A DNA stretch of 63,274 nt, filler included, from Octopus bimaculoides (taxonomy: Eukaryota), in assembly GCF_001194135.2 (NCBI RefSeq). It is 7 parts of 6 records of this genome, joined end to end, with 100 filler letters (N's around TTAATTAATTAA, not from the genome) between each part and the next. Parts side by side here need not be neighbours in the genome. Positions count along the whole stretch, not along the records: positions 38,545 to 51,017 come from NC_068999.1; positions 51,118 to 63,274 come from NC_069005.1; 5 more parts are not named here. One strand, written 5' to 3'. This document shows positions 39,102 through 51,395 of this stretch, piece after piece. Within the stretch, counting starts at the first letter, position 1; each line of letters opens with the position of its first letter. The notes beneath the pieces were generated by a model, which searched no databases, had not been told where the DNA came from, and worked only from the letters and a program-made list of their open reading frames with translations. The position numbers were made by a program, and so were the translations under genes.

Positions 39102-39737
39102 TATAATGATAGACAAGCAAATAGAATGACAGACAAATAGACAGAAAGATAGACAGACAGGTGGATAGATAGATACACAGATTGATTGATAGACAGACAA
39201 ATATATATGTGTGTGTGTGTGTGTATAAAGAGAGAGAAAGAGACATATAGGGACATAAATAGAAAGATAGATAAACAAACAGATAGAAAGAGAGCTAATA
39301 AAATGAATGAGAGTAAAAGAGGAGTGTGTTGACAGAATACAGAGAGGTTAATAGTGTTAAGTAAGAGTCTGTTAGTAAGACATAGTGCAAAGGCAGTTGA
39401 AGGGAATTGATAGAGAGGGGGTGGGGTAGAGGGAGGTGTGCGTGTGGGTGGGGGTGGTGGAAATTCTGGAGGTGTAGTGAAATGAATATGATCAATAACG
39501 ACCGTTTCCATTACGTTTGAGATGTTGGGATTGGGATCAATAGGTCGATATCTGGCAGGGGTCAGATCTATTGCCCCTCCTTGAGAATGGGATACGCTGC
39601 AGCCTGTTTCTATGGATTCGGATAGCTTCCTGAAAAGAACGAGAAAGGGAGAGAGAAAGTGAGTGGGAGACAGTATGTGAAAGAATGAGAGAGAGAGAGA
39701 GAGGAGGAGGAAACAAAGAGAGAAAGATTATTATTCA

Positions 39738-39811
39738 GGTCACTGACTAGAATCGAACTCGGAGTCTTAGGGTTAGTAGCCCGCGCTCTTAACCACTATG
39801 CCATATGCCCG
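39738..39811 (-). mobile_element. Short tRNA-like SINE / tRNA pseudogene with (AAT)n tail
   Basis: GGCATATGGCATAGTGGTTAAG (A box), CT-ACT-AA loop, GAGTTCGATTC (B box), then TGAATAATAAT. The stems are imperfect. Confidence 0.7.
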
Positions 39812-40695
39812 TTGTTGTAGTATTAATGCCACTGTGATTGCCCCAAATTATGGCAGCTCCGGGTGACACTGTTATAATAGTTGTTGTTGGTGGTGGTGGC
39901 GCAGGCTTTTCGAAGGTATAATTGCTGTAGGAAATATATTTAATAAAGAATTCTAGATATGGTGATGGTGGTGGTGGTGGTGGTGGTTGTGGGGTGGTGG
40001 TGGTGGTGGTGGTGGTGNNNNNNNNNNNNNNNNNNNNNNNNNNNNNNNNNNNNNNNNNNNNNNNNNNNNNNNNNNNNNNNNNNNNNNNNNNNNNNNNNNN
40101 NNNNNNNNNNNNNNNNNNNNNNNNNNNNNNNNNNNNNNNNNNNNNNNNNNNNNNNNNNNNNNNNNNNNNNNNNNNNNNNNNNNNNNNNNNNNNNNNNNNN
40201 NNNNNNNNNNNNNNNNNNNNNNNNNNNNNNNNNNNNNNNNNNNNNNNNNNNNNNNNNNNNNNNNNNNNNNNNNNNNNNNNNNNNNNNNNNNNNNNNNNNN
40301 NNNNNNNNNNNNNNNNNNNNNNNNNNNNNNNNNNNNNNNNNNNNNNNNNNNNNNNNNNNNNNNNNNNNNNNNNNNNNNNNNNNNNNNNNNNNNNNNNNNN
40401 NNNNNNNNNNNNNNNNNNNNNNNNNNNNNNNNNNNNNNNNNNNNNNNNNNNNNNNNNNNNNNNNNNNNNNNNNNNNNNNNNNNNNNNNNNNNNNNNNNNN
40501 NNNNNNNNNNNNNNNNNNNNNNNNNNNNNNNNNNNNNNNNNNNNNNNNNNNNNNNNNNNNNNNNNNNNNNNNNNNNNNNNNNNNNNNNNNNNNNNNNNNN
40601 NNNNNNNNNNNNNNNNNNNNNNNNNNNNNNNNNNNNNNNNNNNNNNNNNNNNNNNNNNNNNNNNNNNNNNNNNNNNNNNNNNNNNNNNNNNNNNN

Positions 40696-40769
<74 letters not shown>

Positions 40770-40772
40770 CAG

Positions 40773-40934
40773 GCTGTTCGGGCTTTTTCAAAAGAAGCAT
40801 CCATAGAAATCGTGTGTACACGTGCAAAGCCCAGGGTGAATTGAAAGGAAAATGTCCGATTGACAAAACACATCGCAACCAGTGCAGAGCTTGTCGATTA
40901 AAGAAATGTTTTGAAGCCGAAATGAACAAAGACG
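40773..40934 (+). CDS. dsf: dissatisfaction-like NR2E nuclear receptor, DNA-binding domain exon
   Basis: AG|GC TGT TCG...GAC G|GTAAGT, 162 nt, phase 1 at both ends. Encodes [54 protein letters not shown]. The DGCSG P-box marks NR2E; RSIHRNR and the longer D-box fit Drosophila Dsf (as I recall it) better than TLX/tailless (RSIRR) or PNR. Confidence 0.93.
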
Positions 40935-40989
40935 GTAAGTTCTAGAACTGTGGTGGCCAACTGGAGCCAACTGGAGCCAACTGGAGCCT

Positions 40990-41170
40990 TTTACTGGTTT
41001 CGGTCACTGGACTGCAGCCGTGCTAAGGTTTCGCCTTGAAAGATTTAGTGAAACAAATCGATTCTAGTACTTATTTTTGATGTTTTTAATTCTATCGATG
41101 TCTTTTGCCGAGCCATTAAGTTACGGGGGCGTAAACACACCAACACCGGTTGTCAAGTAGTAGTAGTCAG
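40990..41170 (-). mobile_element. Family B SINE 3' part
   Basis: Matches the reverse complement of the family B tail (TAAGTTACGGGGGCGTAAACACACCAACACCGGTTGTCAAG). Confidence 0.7.
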
Positions 41171-41445
41171 GATACAGACAAACACATACACACACTCACA
41201 CACACGCACCGCCCACCACCCACCACCCACACATATTCTCATGGAGTTTAAAATTGTGACGATACGGATATGATTGACTTCTCAATTTACGTTTCTTTTC
41301 GTTATTGATACGAGGGCTTAGAATTTCTATTCATTCCTCCCGATTTCAATTAATGTGTATCAGTGGAAATTTGTGGTTGTAATCGTCTTCTGGCTGCTAT
41401 TTTTAGCGTGTTGGTGCCACTTGTAGCACCCTTAATTATTAATTA

Positions 41446-41747
41446 TCGTTTACGACGATGAGGGCCCCAGCTAATACGATCAACGGAACAGCTTGCTCGT
41501 GAAATTAACGTGCAATTGGCTGAGTACTCCACAGAAACGTGTACCTTTAGCGTAGTTCTCAGGGAGATTCAGCGTGACACAGAGTGTGACAAGGCTGGCC
41601 CTTTGAAATACAGGTACAGCTCATTTTTGCTAGCTAGAGCAACGTGAAATAAAGTGTCTTGCTCAAGGACACAGCGCGTCGCCGAGAATTGAACTCACGA
41701 CCTTATAATCGTAAGTCGAATGCGCTAACCACTAAACCACGCGCCTT
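41446..41747 (-). mobile_element. Family C SINE, near full length
   Basis: Reverse complement of the 47651-47955 copy (AAGTGTCTTGCTCAAGGACAC core, GAATTGAACTC B box). Confidence 0.85.
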
Positions 41748-41899
41748 CACAATTATTAATTAATAACTTTTTATCTTATGGTTTCATAATTTGTGTCTCT
41801 GTCATATACGTCACGCGAAAATGGCCCATATCGGAATTTGTGGTCCTTAAGTTGTTTGCGAAGAATAAACATCTTTTTATCCCCACCGGATTTTAATGT

Positions 41900-41956
<57 letters not shown>

Positions 41957-42017
41957 NNNNNNNNNNNNNNNNNNNNNNNNNNNNNNNNNNNNNNNNNNNN
42001 NNNNNNNNNNNNNNNNN

Positions 42018-42056
<39 letters not shown>

Positions 42057-42113
42057 TAGATCTCGGCGTCCATTTTTGAAATCAATATAATGTACTTTCA
42101 CTTTCTATTACAG

Positions 42114-42487
42114 CTGTACAACACGAAAGAGGACCTCGGAAACCAAAACCAAAACCAACTGACCAACCAGAAAGCACAAAGCAAATACCAATAAATGAAC
42201 AACCAATAGATTTCAGTTTCGGCAATTACCCCCCTCCACCAGCATCTACTCTCAGTGCTGTGCAATATCAACATGGCCCAATTAACAGACTGTATCTTCT
42301 CGACCGCGAACCAGGAGCAGGTCTTGTGGTCGACTGGTTACAACATATCACCCCATCAGCTTTCTCTAGTCCACCGATTCGAATCAACAAAGAGGTCATA
42401 CAAGAAGTAACGGCACGAGTTCTGTTTGCTGTTGTCAGCTGGGTCAAACAGATACCGGCCTTTTCAGTACTGGCTCCATCCGATCAG
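42114..42487 (+). CDS. dsf: dissatisfaction-like NR2E nuclear receptor, T-box/hinge/start of LBD (helix 3-4) exon
   Basis: Pyrimidine tract plus CAG|CT GTA CAA, 374 nt open frame, ends CAG|GTAAGG (phase 0). Encodes AVQHERGPRKPK...EVIQEVTARVLFAVVSWVKQIPAFSVLAPSDQ, i.e. the NR2E T-box and the LBD signature. Confidence 0.93.
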
Positions 42488-42652
42488 GTAAGGCAGATTA
42501 AAGGAACTTTTGTTTTTGGACACAGAAGTCTTCTAAAAAAATGTATAAACACTTCAGGAAAGGAAAAGAATCTGTATAATTTTTTTTTCCAGTGTTATTG
42601 CGATTTGGTGTTATTGCGATAAAACATCGAAAGAAGTATTATATTTATAGAG

Positions 42653-43108
42653 GTGCCGGTGGCACGTAAAAAGCACTATCCGAACGTGACCGATGCCAGG
42701 ACCGCCTGACTGGCTTAAGTGCCGGTGGCACGTAAAAAACACCATCCGAACGGGGCCGATGCCAGTACCCCAGACCGGTTCCCGTGCCGGTGGCACGTAA
42801 AAAGCGTTAACTGAACGTGATCGATGCCAGAACCGCCTGACTGGCACAAATGCTGGTGGCACGTAAAAAGCACCATCCGAACGTGGCCGATGCCAGGCCC
42901 GCCTGACTGGCTCCTGTGCCGGTGGCACTCAAAAAGCACCCATTACACTCTTGGAGTGGTTGGCGTTAGGAAGGGCATCCAGCGGTAGAAACATTACCAG
43001 ATCAGATTGGAGCCTGTTGCAGGCTTCTGGCTCGCCAGTCCTCAGTCAAACCGTCCAACCCATGCCGGCATGGAAAGCGGATGGTAAACGATGGTGAAGA
43101 TGATGATG
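42653..43108 (+). mobile_element. Family D element with four ~66-bp tandem units and (GAT)n tail
   Basis: Units start GTGCCGGTGGCACGTAAAAAG; the tail is AACCCATGCCGGCATGGAAAGCGG...GATGATG. Resembles an RTE-type 3' end (inference). Confidence 0.82.
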
Positions 43109-43299
43109 TACTTATACAACTTAAATATTTATAAGGATTTTTTCCTTTCTCGATGTGTGTATACATTTTTTTTGACAGACTCTGTATTTCGCTGTTATTG
43201 TTATCATTTGCAGACAATAAGATGGTGAGCTGACAAGTTCTTCGGCACATTTTGCCGGATAAAAATGCTTGGCGGCTTTTCGTCAGTTTTTATCATAGT

Positions 43300-43510
43300 C
43301 GGCGTGCTGGCAGAACCGTTAGCATGCCGGAAAAAAATGCTTACCGGTATTCCGTCCGTCTTTACCGTCTGAGTTCAAATTCTGCCGAGGTTGACTTTGC
43401 CTTTCTTCCTTTCAGTGGCGATGAAATAAGTACCAGTTGCGTACTGAGGTCGATGTAATCGACTCCCCCTCATCCTGAAATTGCTGGCCTTGTGCCAAAA
43501 CTTGAAACCG
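43300..43510 (+). mobile_element. Family A SINE
   Basis: CTGGCAGAACCGTTAGCATGCCGG...GAGTTCAAATTCTGCCGAGG...GGCCTTGTGCCAAAACTTGAAACC. Confidence 0.85.
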
Positions 43511-44159
43511 TTGTCTGATGTTTGAAGGCGATGAATACCACCAACGTCGACTTTGTCTTTCACCCTTTCGAGGGCGATAAAAGACTCCGTGTGTGTGTGT
43601 GTGCGTGTGTGTGTGTGTGTGTGCCTTGTTGCATGGTTGCGTGCGAGACAATATAGTTTATATTTCTGCATGTACCGCAAATGATCGGGCAGAAAGTTAT
43701 ATANNNNNNNNNNNNNNNNNNNNNNNNNNNNNNNNNNNNNNNNNNNNNNNNNNNNNNNNNNNNNNNNNNNNNNNNNNNNNNNNNNNNNNNNNNNNNNNNN
43801 NNNNNNNNNNNNNNNNNNNNNNNNNNNNNNNNNNNNNNNNNNNNNNNNNNNNNNNNNNNNNNNNNNNNNNNNNNNNNNNNNNNNNNNNNNNNNNNNNNNN
43901 NNNNNNNNNNNNNNNNNNNNNNNNNNNNNNNNNNNNNNNNNNNNNNNNNNNNNNNNNNNNNNNNNNNNNNNNNNNNNNNNNNNNNNNNNNNNNNNNNNNN
44001 NNNNNNNNNNNNNNNNNNNNNNNNNNNNNNNNNNNNNNNNNNNNNNNNNNNNNNNNNNNNNNNNNNNNNNNNNNNNNNNNNNNNNNNNNNNNNNNNNNNN
44101 NNNNNNNNNNNNNNNNNNNNNNNNNNNNNNNNNNNNNNNNNNNNNNNNNNNNNNNNNNN

Positions 44160-44232
<73 letters not shown>

Positions 44233-44606
44233 ATACACACACACAAATACGTATATTTATACGGCGGAGGATTGCACTGGAATCTGTCTTTTCTGAAAGA
44301 AACCTTTTAAAATACATTTCAGTTGATTTGTGAAAATGTCTCTCCAACAATTGATTACGTAAACTTCCACGTGCACATTCGTCTCCGTTAAGTAAGCATT
44401 AAGACAAGCACGTATGCCAATAGGTACGTGCGTGTTTATCCATGTAAGTGAATATGCACGTACGCAGCCACATATTAACTTACCAATGTGTGTGTGGGTG
44501 TGTTTGTGTGTGTGCGTGTGTGTGTATACACATACATGAACCAGGCGAGATAGATCGTAATTAGTCGAAGCATTCGTTCACTGACAGGGTATGTAATTTA
44601 TAAGCA

Positions 44607-44664
<58 letters not shown>

Positions 44665-45329
44665 TTGTACCCCAATGTTACTTTGATGACATGCGCTGCC
44701 ATACAGACCCTCACATGTATCGTTTTATATATATATATATAAAACGATACATNNNNNNNNNNNNNNNNNNNNNNNNNNNNNNNNNNNNNNNNNNNNNNNN
44801 NNNNNNNNNNNNNNNNNNNNNNNNNNNNNNNNNNNNNNNNNNNNNNNNNNNNNNNNNNNNNNNNNNNNNNNNNNNNNNNNNNNNNNNNNNNNNNNNNNNN
44901 NNNNNNNNNNNNNNNNNNNNNNNNNNNNNNNNNNNNNNNNNNNNNNNNNNNNNNNNNNNNNNNNNNNNNNNNNNNNNNNNNNNNNNNNNNNNNNNNNNNN
45001 NNNNNNNNNNNNNNNNNNNNNNNNNNNNNNNNNNNNNNNNNNNNNNNNNNNNNNNNNNNNNNNNNNNNNNNNNNNNNNNNNNNNNNNNNNNNNNNNNNNN
45101 NNNNNNNNNNNNNNNNNNNNNNNNNNNNNNNNNNNNNNNNNNNNNNNNNNNNNNNNNNNNNNNNNNNNNNNNNNNNNNNNNNNNNNNNNNNNNNNNNNNN
45201 NNNNNNNNNNNNNNNNNNNNNNNNNNNNNNNNNNNNNNNNNNNNNNNNNNNNNNNNNNNNNNNNNNNNNNNNNNNNNNNNNNNNNNNNNNNNNNNNNNNN
45301 NNNNNNNNNNNNNNNNNNNNNNNNNNNNN

Positions 45330-45416
<87 letters not shown>

Positions 45417-45980
45417 CAATAATAATACGTGCCCCGTGTGTACACCATCTGAGTGCACCAAATATCCCGTCTATTACAACTAATCTTTTACTTTCATCTT
45501 ATGGCTTTGGGTTTCGCATTTGACTAATTTTTTTATATATTTCACTTATTACTGTCTTCCATTTTGTTTTTATCAACGTCTCAACGTCTACCCATCTACT
45601 ACAGACCTGTCTCTTCGTACGGACGCCTGAAGAGGCACTTTAACATAAACATACATACATATACACATACACGTATACATACATATATGTATAAATATAT
45701 ATATATATATATGTATTTTATATATACACTTTATATATATATGTGTGTGTGTTTGTATATATATTATATAAATGAAGAGGCTTTTAATTTTAGTAGATAT
45801 CTTTTATACAGTAGAGGTTTCATTAAGCAATACCTGCTTCGGATTCATTGCTCTATACCTGAGTGTATACATGGAACAAATTGTATTACTAATAATGATT
45901 TTCTGATATAGATGCCTTATAGTCATTGTGCATATATTACCTGTGTTCATCGTTAATGTAAAAATCAAACTTTCCCGGAT

Positions 45981-46312
45981 TGTATGTATGAATGAATGAA
46001 TGTATGTAAGTTTATACGCATGTGTGTATGTATGTATGAATGTATGTATGTATGTATGTAAGTTTATACGCATATGTGTATGTATGTATGAATGTATGTA
46101 TGTATGTATGTAAGTTTATACGCATGTGTGTATGTATGTATGAATGTATGTATGTATGTAAGTTTATACGCATGTGTGTATGTATGTATGTATGTATATA
46201 TGTATGCATGTGTGTATATATGTATGTATGCATGCATGTGTGTTTGTATGTATGTATGTATGTATATAAGTTTATGCGCGTGTGCATGTATGTAAGTTTA
46301 TACACATGTGTG

Positions 46313-46340
<28 letters not shown>
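45981..46340. repeat. 48-52 bp minisatellite built from (TATG)n plus GTAAGTTTATACGCAT
   Basis: GTAAGT at 46006, 46058, 46110, 46158 and 46292. Confidence 0.9.
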
Positions 46341-46343
<3 letters not shown>

Positions 46344-47650
46344 TCATTACATTAATTTAAAAAGCCAACATATTGCTTAAGGTTTTTCCTTTACCAAACC
46401 TCATGAGTTTATGACCATACGAACCATGATTTCTCTCACCCCTAAACCTAACAGATAATGACCTTTATTCTCTTAAGCTTTAGATATACAAGGTTTGAGG
46501 TGATAGTCTATAACTAAAAAAACAAATAAAATCAGTGACAGGCAGAGTCTTGTTTGACATTTTGTTTATTAGTTTCCATGGTGTGGCTAAAGCAAGATGT
46601 TCTCTATCTGTCTCCCTAACTTCTTAGAGATTTTAGGTATTATTATACTAATGTGTCCATCTGTTCTAATTTAATTAAATTCTGTCTTTGTGCAACTGAG
46701 GATTGCTCTGCATTTTAAAATTGATGTAATGATTACGTTGTTCAATTAAATGGAGTTGCATGAAATGATCGTACTGCATTACCCCTCGATATCCTTGTTG
46801 CTTATTTCGATATATATATATATATGAATATCATATGTGAACCTCAGTGTGTATATTTTATATATCGACACACACAGCAAGCAGAATGGCACCACTTGAT
46901 TTGTGATTATTTAACCTGAGGGGTCAAATTTTGTTTTATCTTCAAGAAACTTTGTTGCAATTTCAATTCTGTGTAATCGCCACTTGATTCAGTACAAACC
47001 TTGGAATACACAAGACGTAATGATTCTAAATCGAAAAAGAGGACATGTTTGTAACCAAAGGAGGTTTCAAAAAATACTTAAAGATTTACTTCCGGTGACC
47101 GGAAACAGTGAACAGTTTACGGTGTTTAGTGAAATTATATTCTACTTGAAAGTGTCGCCTGCAGGAAAATTAGGCTTCGTTCATCTCCTTGTTGGGATCA
47201 ATATGGTGGCATGTAAATGAGTGTATGTATGTGTGTGTGTCTCTGTACGCGTTTGGATGTGTGACTGCACGAGCGTGTGTGCGTGTGTGTATGTGATTGT
47301 ACGTTTGTATGTTTGAGACAGTGTTCGGTGTGTGTGTGTGTGTGATTGTATGTTTCTATGTTTGAGATGGTGCGTGTATGTTTGTGTGCTTGTGTGTATA
47401 TGTGTATGTGTATGTGTGTGCTTGTGTTCGTATATGTATGAGTGTATGCGTGTGTAAGATGACAGCGTTAGGTGTGACATTCAATGCATACGATCGTTCG
47501 CCAACGAGGGAAAAGCAGAATTGTCGGCAGATTTCGAGAGTTTAGAGAAGCAAGACTTTGAGCTCCCATTAATTTTATTCCCCTTTAAACCGACCATTTC
47601 ATTCGTTCTTTCTTGTGTGTGTTTGCGTATGTGTGTGTGTGTGTGTGTGT

Positions 47651-47955
47651 GAAGGCGCGTGGCTTAGTGGTTAGAGAATTCGGCTGTCGATCGAAAGGTC
47701 GTGAGTTCAATTCCGGCCTCTCGTTGTATCCTTGAGCAAGACACTTCATTTCACGCTGCTCCAGTGCGCTCAGCTGTCAATAAATGAGTAGTACCTGTAT
47801 TTCAAAGAGTCAGCCTGTGCCACGCTGAATCTCCCTGAGTTAAGGGTACACGTATCTGTGGAGTACTCAGCCACTTGCACGTTAATTTCACGAGTAAGCT
47901 GTTCAGTTGATCGTATCAGCTGGAACCCTCGTCGTCGTAACCGACGGATTGCTCC
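47651..47955 (+). mobile_element. Family C SINE, near full length
   Basis: GGCGCGTGGCTTAGTGGTTAG (A box), GAGTTCAATTCC (B box), TCCTTGAGCAAGACACTT core. Confidence 0.85.
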
Positions 47956-48457
47956 TTAATTTATATATATATATATATATATANNNNNNNNNNNNNNNNN
48001 NNNNNNNNNNNNNNNNNNNNNNNNNNNNNNNNNNNNNNNNNNNNNNNNNNNNNNNNNNNNNNNNNNNNNNNNNNNNNNNNNNNNNNNNNNNNNNNNNNNN
48101 NNNNNNNNNNNNNNNNNNNNNNNNNNNNNNNNNNNNNNNNNNNNNNNNNNNNNNNNNNNNNNNNNNNNNNNNNNNNNNNNNNNNNNNNNNNNNNNNNNNN
48201 NNNNNNNNNNNNNNNNNNNNNNNNNNNNNNNNNNNNNNNNNNNNNNNNNNNNNNNNNNNNNNNNNNNNNNNNNNNNNNNNNNNNNNNNNNNNNNNNNNNN
48301 NNNNNNNNNNNNNNNNNNNNNNNNNNNNNNNNNNNNNNNNNNNNNNNNNNNNNNNNNNNNNNNNNNNNNNNNNNNNNNNNNNNNNNNNNNNNNNNNNNNN
48401 NNNNNNNNNNNNNNNNNNNNNNNNNNNNNNNNNNNNNNNATATATATATATATGTAC

Positions 48458-48490
<33 letters not shown>

Positions 48491-50603
48491 CATATACATA
48501 TACATATAAACTTACATTTGTCTGTGTGTACACACACGCGCACACTCATAATATGTAAAAATATATATACATACATATATATATGCATTTATACATATAT
48601 GCATACATATACATATATGTATATATATATATATATAAATATATATATATATAGATAGATATATATAGATATATATATATATACATACATATATATAATA
48701 CATATGCATACATACAGCATGCACATGTGCTTACATACATGCATGCATACATACATACATACACACATACATAATACATACATACATACATACATAATAC
48801 ATATATCAATACATACATACTTACATACATACGTACATGCATACATACATATCTACATACATATATACACACATAGACAACTCATGTTTCTTTTTATTTT
48901 TGTTTCTTCCACCGTTTCATCTTTCTCCCAAATTCTAAATTTTTATTATTTATATGATATAATCTAAAGATCGGACTTTATTTATGTCCGAAGCGGATCC
49001 GCTAATGACACGCCTGCTGGCGCTCTCCCACCCCAATCACCCTGCCCTAAACTCCTCCAACCCCACCCGTACCTTGTCCTACCCAAGGGCTGATACTGTT
49101 CACACCGTAAACCGTACGAGCATCCTCTCCCCTCCCTCTTGAACCCCGAACATTTTATGTTCTCTCCCACACACCTACAAGCGATCGCCTTGAAGTCTTG
49201 TTTCACGTCGCCTTAAGGAGCTGGGACACCAATTAAGGCCCTATTCGTTGCTCCCTATTTTATCCTAATTTTTGCCCCACTATCTAACCGCTAGCTTATA
49301 TGTATGCATGATATATATATANNNNNNNNNNNNNNNNNNNNNNNNNNNNNNNNNNNNNNNNNNNNNNNNNNNNNNNNNNNNNNNNNNNNNNNNNNNNNNN
49401 NNNNNNNNNNNNNNNNNNNNNNNNNNNNNNNNNNNNNNNNNNNNNNNNNNNNNNNNNNNNNNNNNNNNNNNNNNNNNNNNNNNNNNNNNNNNNNNNNNNN
49501 NNNNNNNNNNNNNNNNNNNNNNNNNNNNNNNNNNNNNNNNNNNNNNNNNNNNNNNNNNNNNNNNNNNNNNNNNNNNNNNNNNNNNNNNNNNNNNNNNNNN
49601 NNNNNNNNNNNNNNNNNNNNNNNNNNNNNNNNNNNNNNNNNNNNNNNNNNNNNNNNNNNNNNNNNNNNNNNNNNNNNNNNNNNNNNNNNNNNNNNNNNNN
49701 NNNNNNNNNNNNNNNNNNNNNNNNNNNNNNNNNNNNNNNNNNNNNNNNNNNNNNNNNNNNNNNNNNNNNNNNNNNNNNNNNNNNNNNNNNNNNNNNNNNN
49801 NNNNNNNNNNNNNNNNNNNNNNNNNNNNNNNNNNNNNNNNNNNNNNNNNNNNNNNNNNNNNNNNNNNNNNNNNNNNNNNNNNNNNNNNNNNNNNNNNNNN
49901 NNNNNNNNNNNNNNNNNNNNNNNNNNNNNNNNNNNNNNNNNNNNNNNNNNNNNNNNNNNNNNNNNNNNNNNNNNNNNNNNNNNNNNNNNNNNNNNNNNNN
50001 NNNNNNNNNNNNNNNNNNNNNNNNNNNNNNNNNNNNNNNNNNNNNNNNNNNNNNNNNNNNNNNNNNNNNNNNNNNNNNNNNNNNNNNNNNNNNNNNNNNN
50101 NNNNNNNNNNNNNNNNNNNNNNNNNNNNNNNNNNNNNNNNNNNNNNNNNNNNNNNNNNNNNNNNNNNNNNNNNNNNNNNNNNNNNNNNNNNNNNNNNNNN
50201 NNNNNNNNNNNNNNNNNNNNNNNNNNNNNNNNNNNNNNNNNNNNNNNNNNNNNNNNNNNNNNNNNNNTATATGCACTTATACATGGAGGGTGTGCATGCA
50301 ATTAAATATGTTTGTATGTTTGTATGAACCTTCATAATTATACACGTAAAATCCCTTTTAACCCCCTAGCTTTTACTCCTCGGCATATTATCCATCCGTT
50401 AACACAACCGCCTCATAAATATCTCTTCTCGCCACCATCCGCCATTTTCCACCTTTTCTTTTTTCGCTCATCTTCACCTATTTTTACTTAACTGCATATT
50501 TTTTCTTTCTTCTTTCGCGCATCCCTTTTATTCTCCAACTTAGTTTTGATTTAGGCTCCTAATTTATATTCCGATTAGATTATAATCATTTATTTATTTA
50601 TTT

Positions 50604-50920
50604 AGGCGCTGGAATGGCTGTGTGGTAAGTAACTTGCTTACAAACCATATGGTTCCGGGTTCAGTCCCACTGCGTGGCACCTTTGGCAAGTGTCTTCTTT
50701 CTACTATAGCCACGAGCCAGGGCGAAATGCTTAGCGGTATTTCGTCTGCCGTTACGTTCTGAGTTCAAATTCCGCCGAGGTCGACTTTGCCTTTCATCTG
50801 TTAGGGGTCGATAAATTAAGTACCAGTTACGCTCTGGGGTGGATGTAATCGACTTAATGCCTTTGTCTGTCCTTGTTTGTCCCCTCTATGTTTATCCCCT
50901 TGTAGGCAATAAAGAAATAA
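50604..50920 (+). mobile_element. Chimeric SINE: family B head fused to family A body
   Basis: The B head runs to ...CTACTATAGCCACGAGCC and then switches to GGGCGAAATGCTTAGCGG of family A at about 50720. Confidence 0.75.
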
Positions 50921-50962
50921 GAAATGTTAGTGTGTGTGTGTGTGTGTGCGTGTGTGTGTATG

Positions 50963-50998
<36 letters not shown>

Positions 50999-51139
50999 TA
51001 TATATATGATATATATANNNNNNNNNNNNNNNNNNNNNNNNNNNNNNNNNNNNNNNNNNNNTTAATTAATTAANNNNNNNNNNNNNNNNNNNNNNNNNNN
51101 NNNNNNNNNNNNNNNNNTTAATAACAATAATAATAATAA

Positions 51140-51360
51140 TAATCCTTACTACTAAAGGCACAAGGCCTGAAATTTAGTGGGAGGGATAAGTTGATTACAC
51201 TGACCCCTGGGTACTCAACTGGTACTTAATTTATTGACCCCTGAAAGGATGAAAGGTAAAGCTGACCTCGGCAGAATTTGAACTTGGAATGTAATGATGG
51301 ATGAAATGCCACTAAGTATCTTCTTGTTCAGTGTGCTAATGATTCTGCCAGCTTGTTGCT

Positions 51361-51395
<35 letters not shown>

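Noticed and set aside
42653-42960. Regularly spaced repeats resembling a CRISPR array
   Set aside because: The whole ~66-bp unit is repeated with no unique spacers, it is part of a dispersed retro-element, and the context is eukaryotic with no cas genes.
46984-47220. 78-aa ORF as a missing LBD exon
   Set aside because: No nuclear-receptor helix 5-12 similarity.
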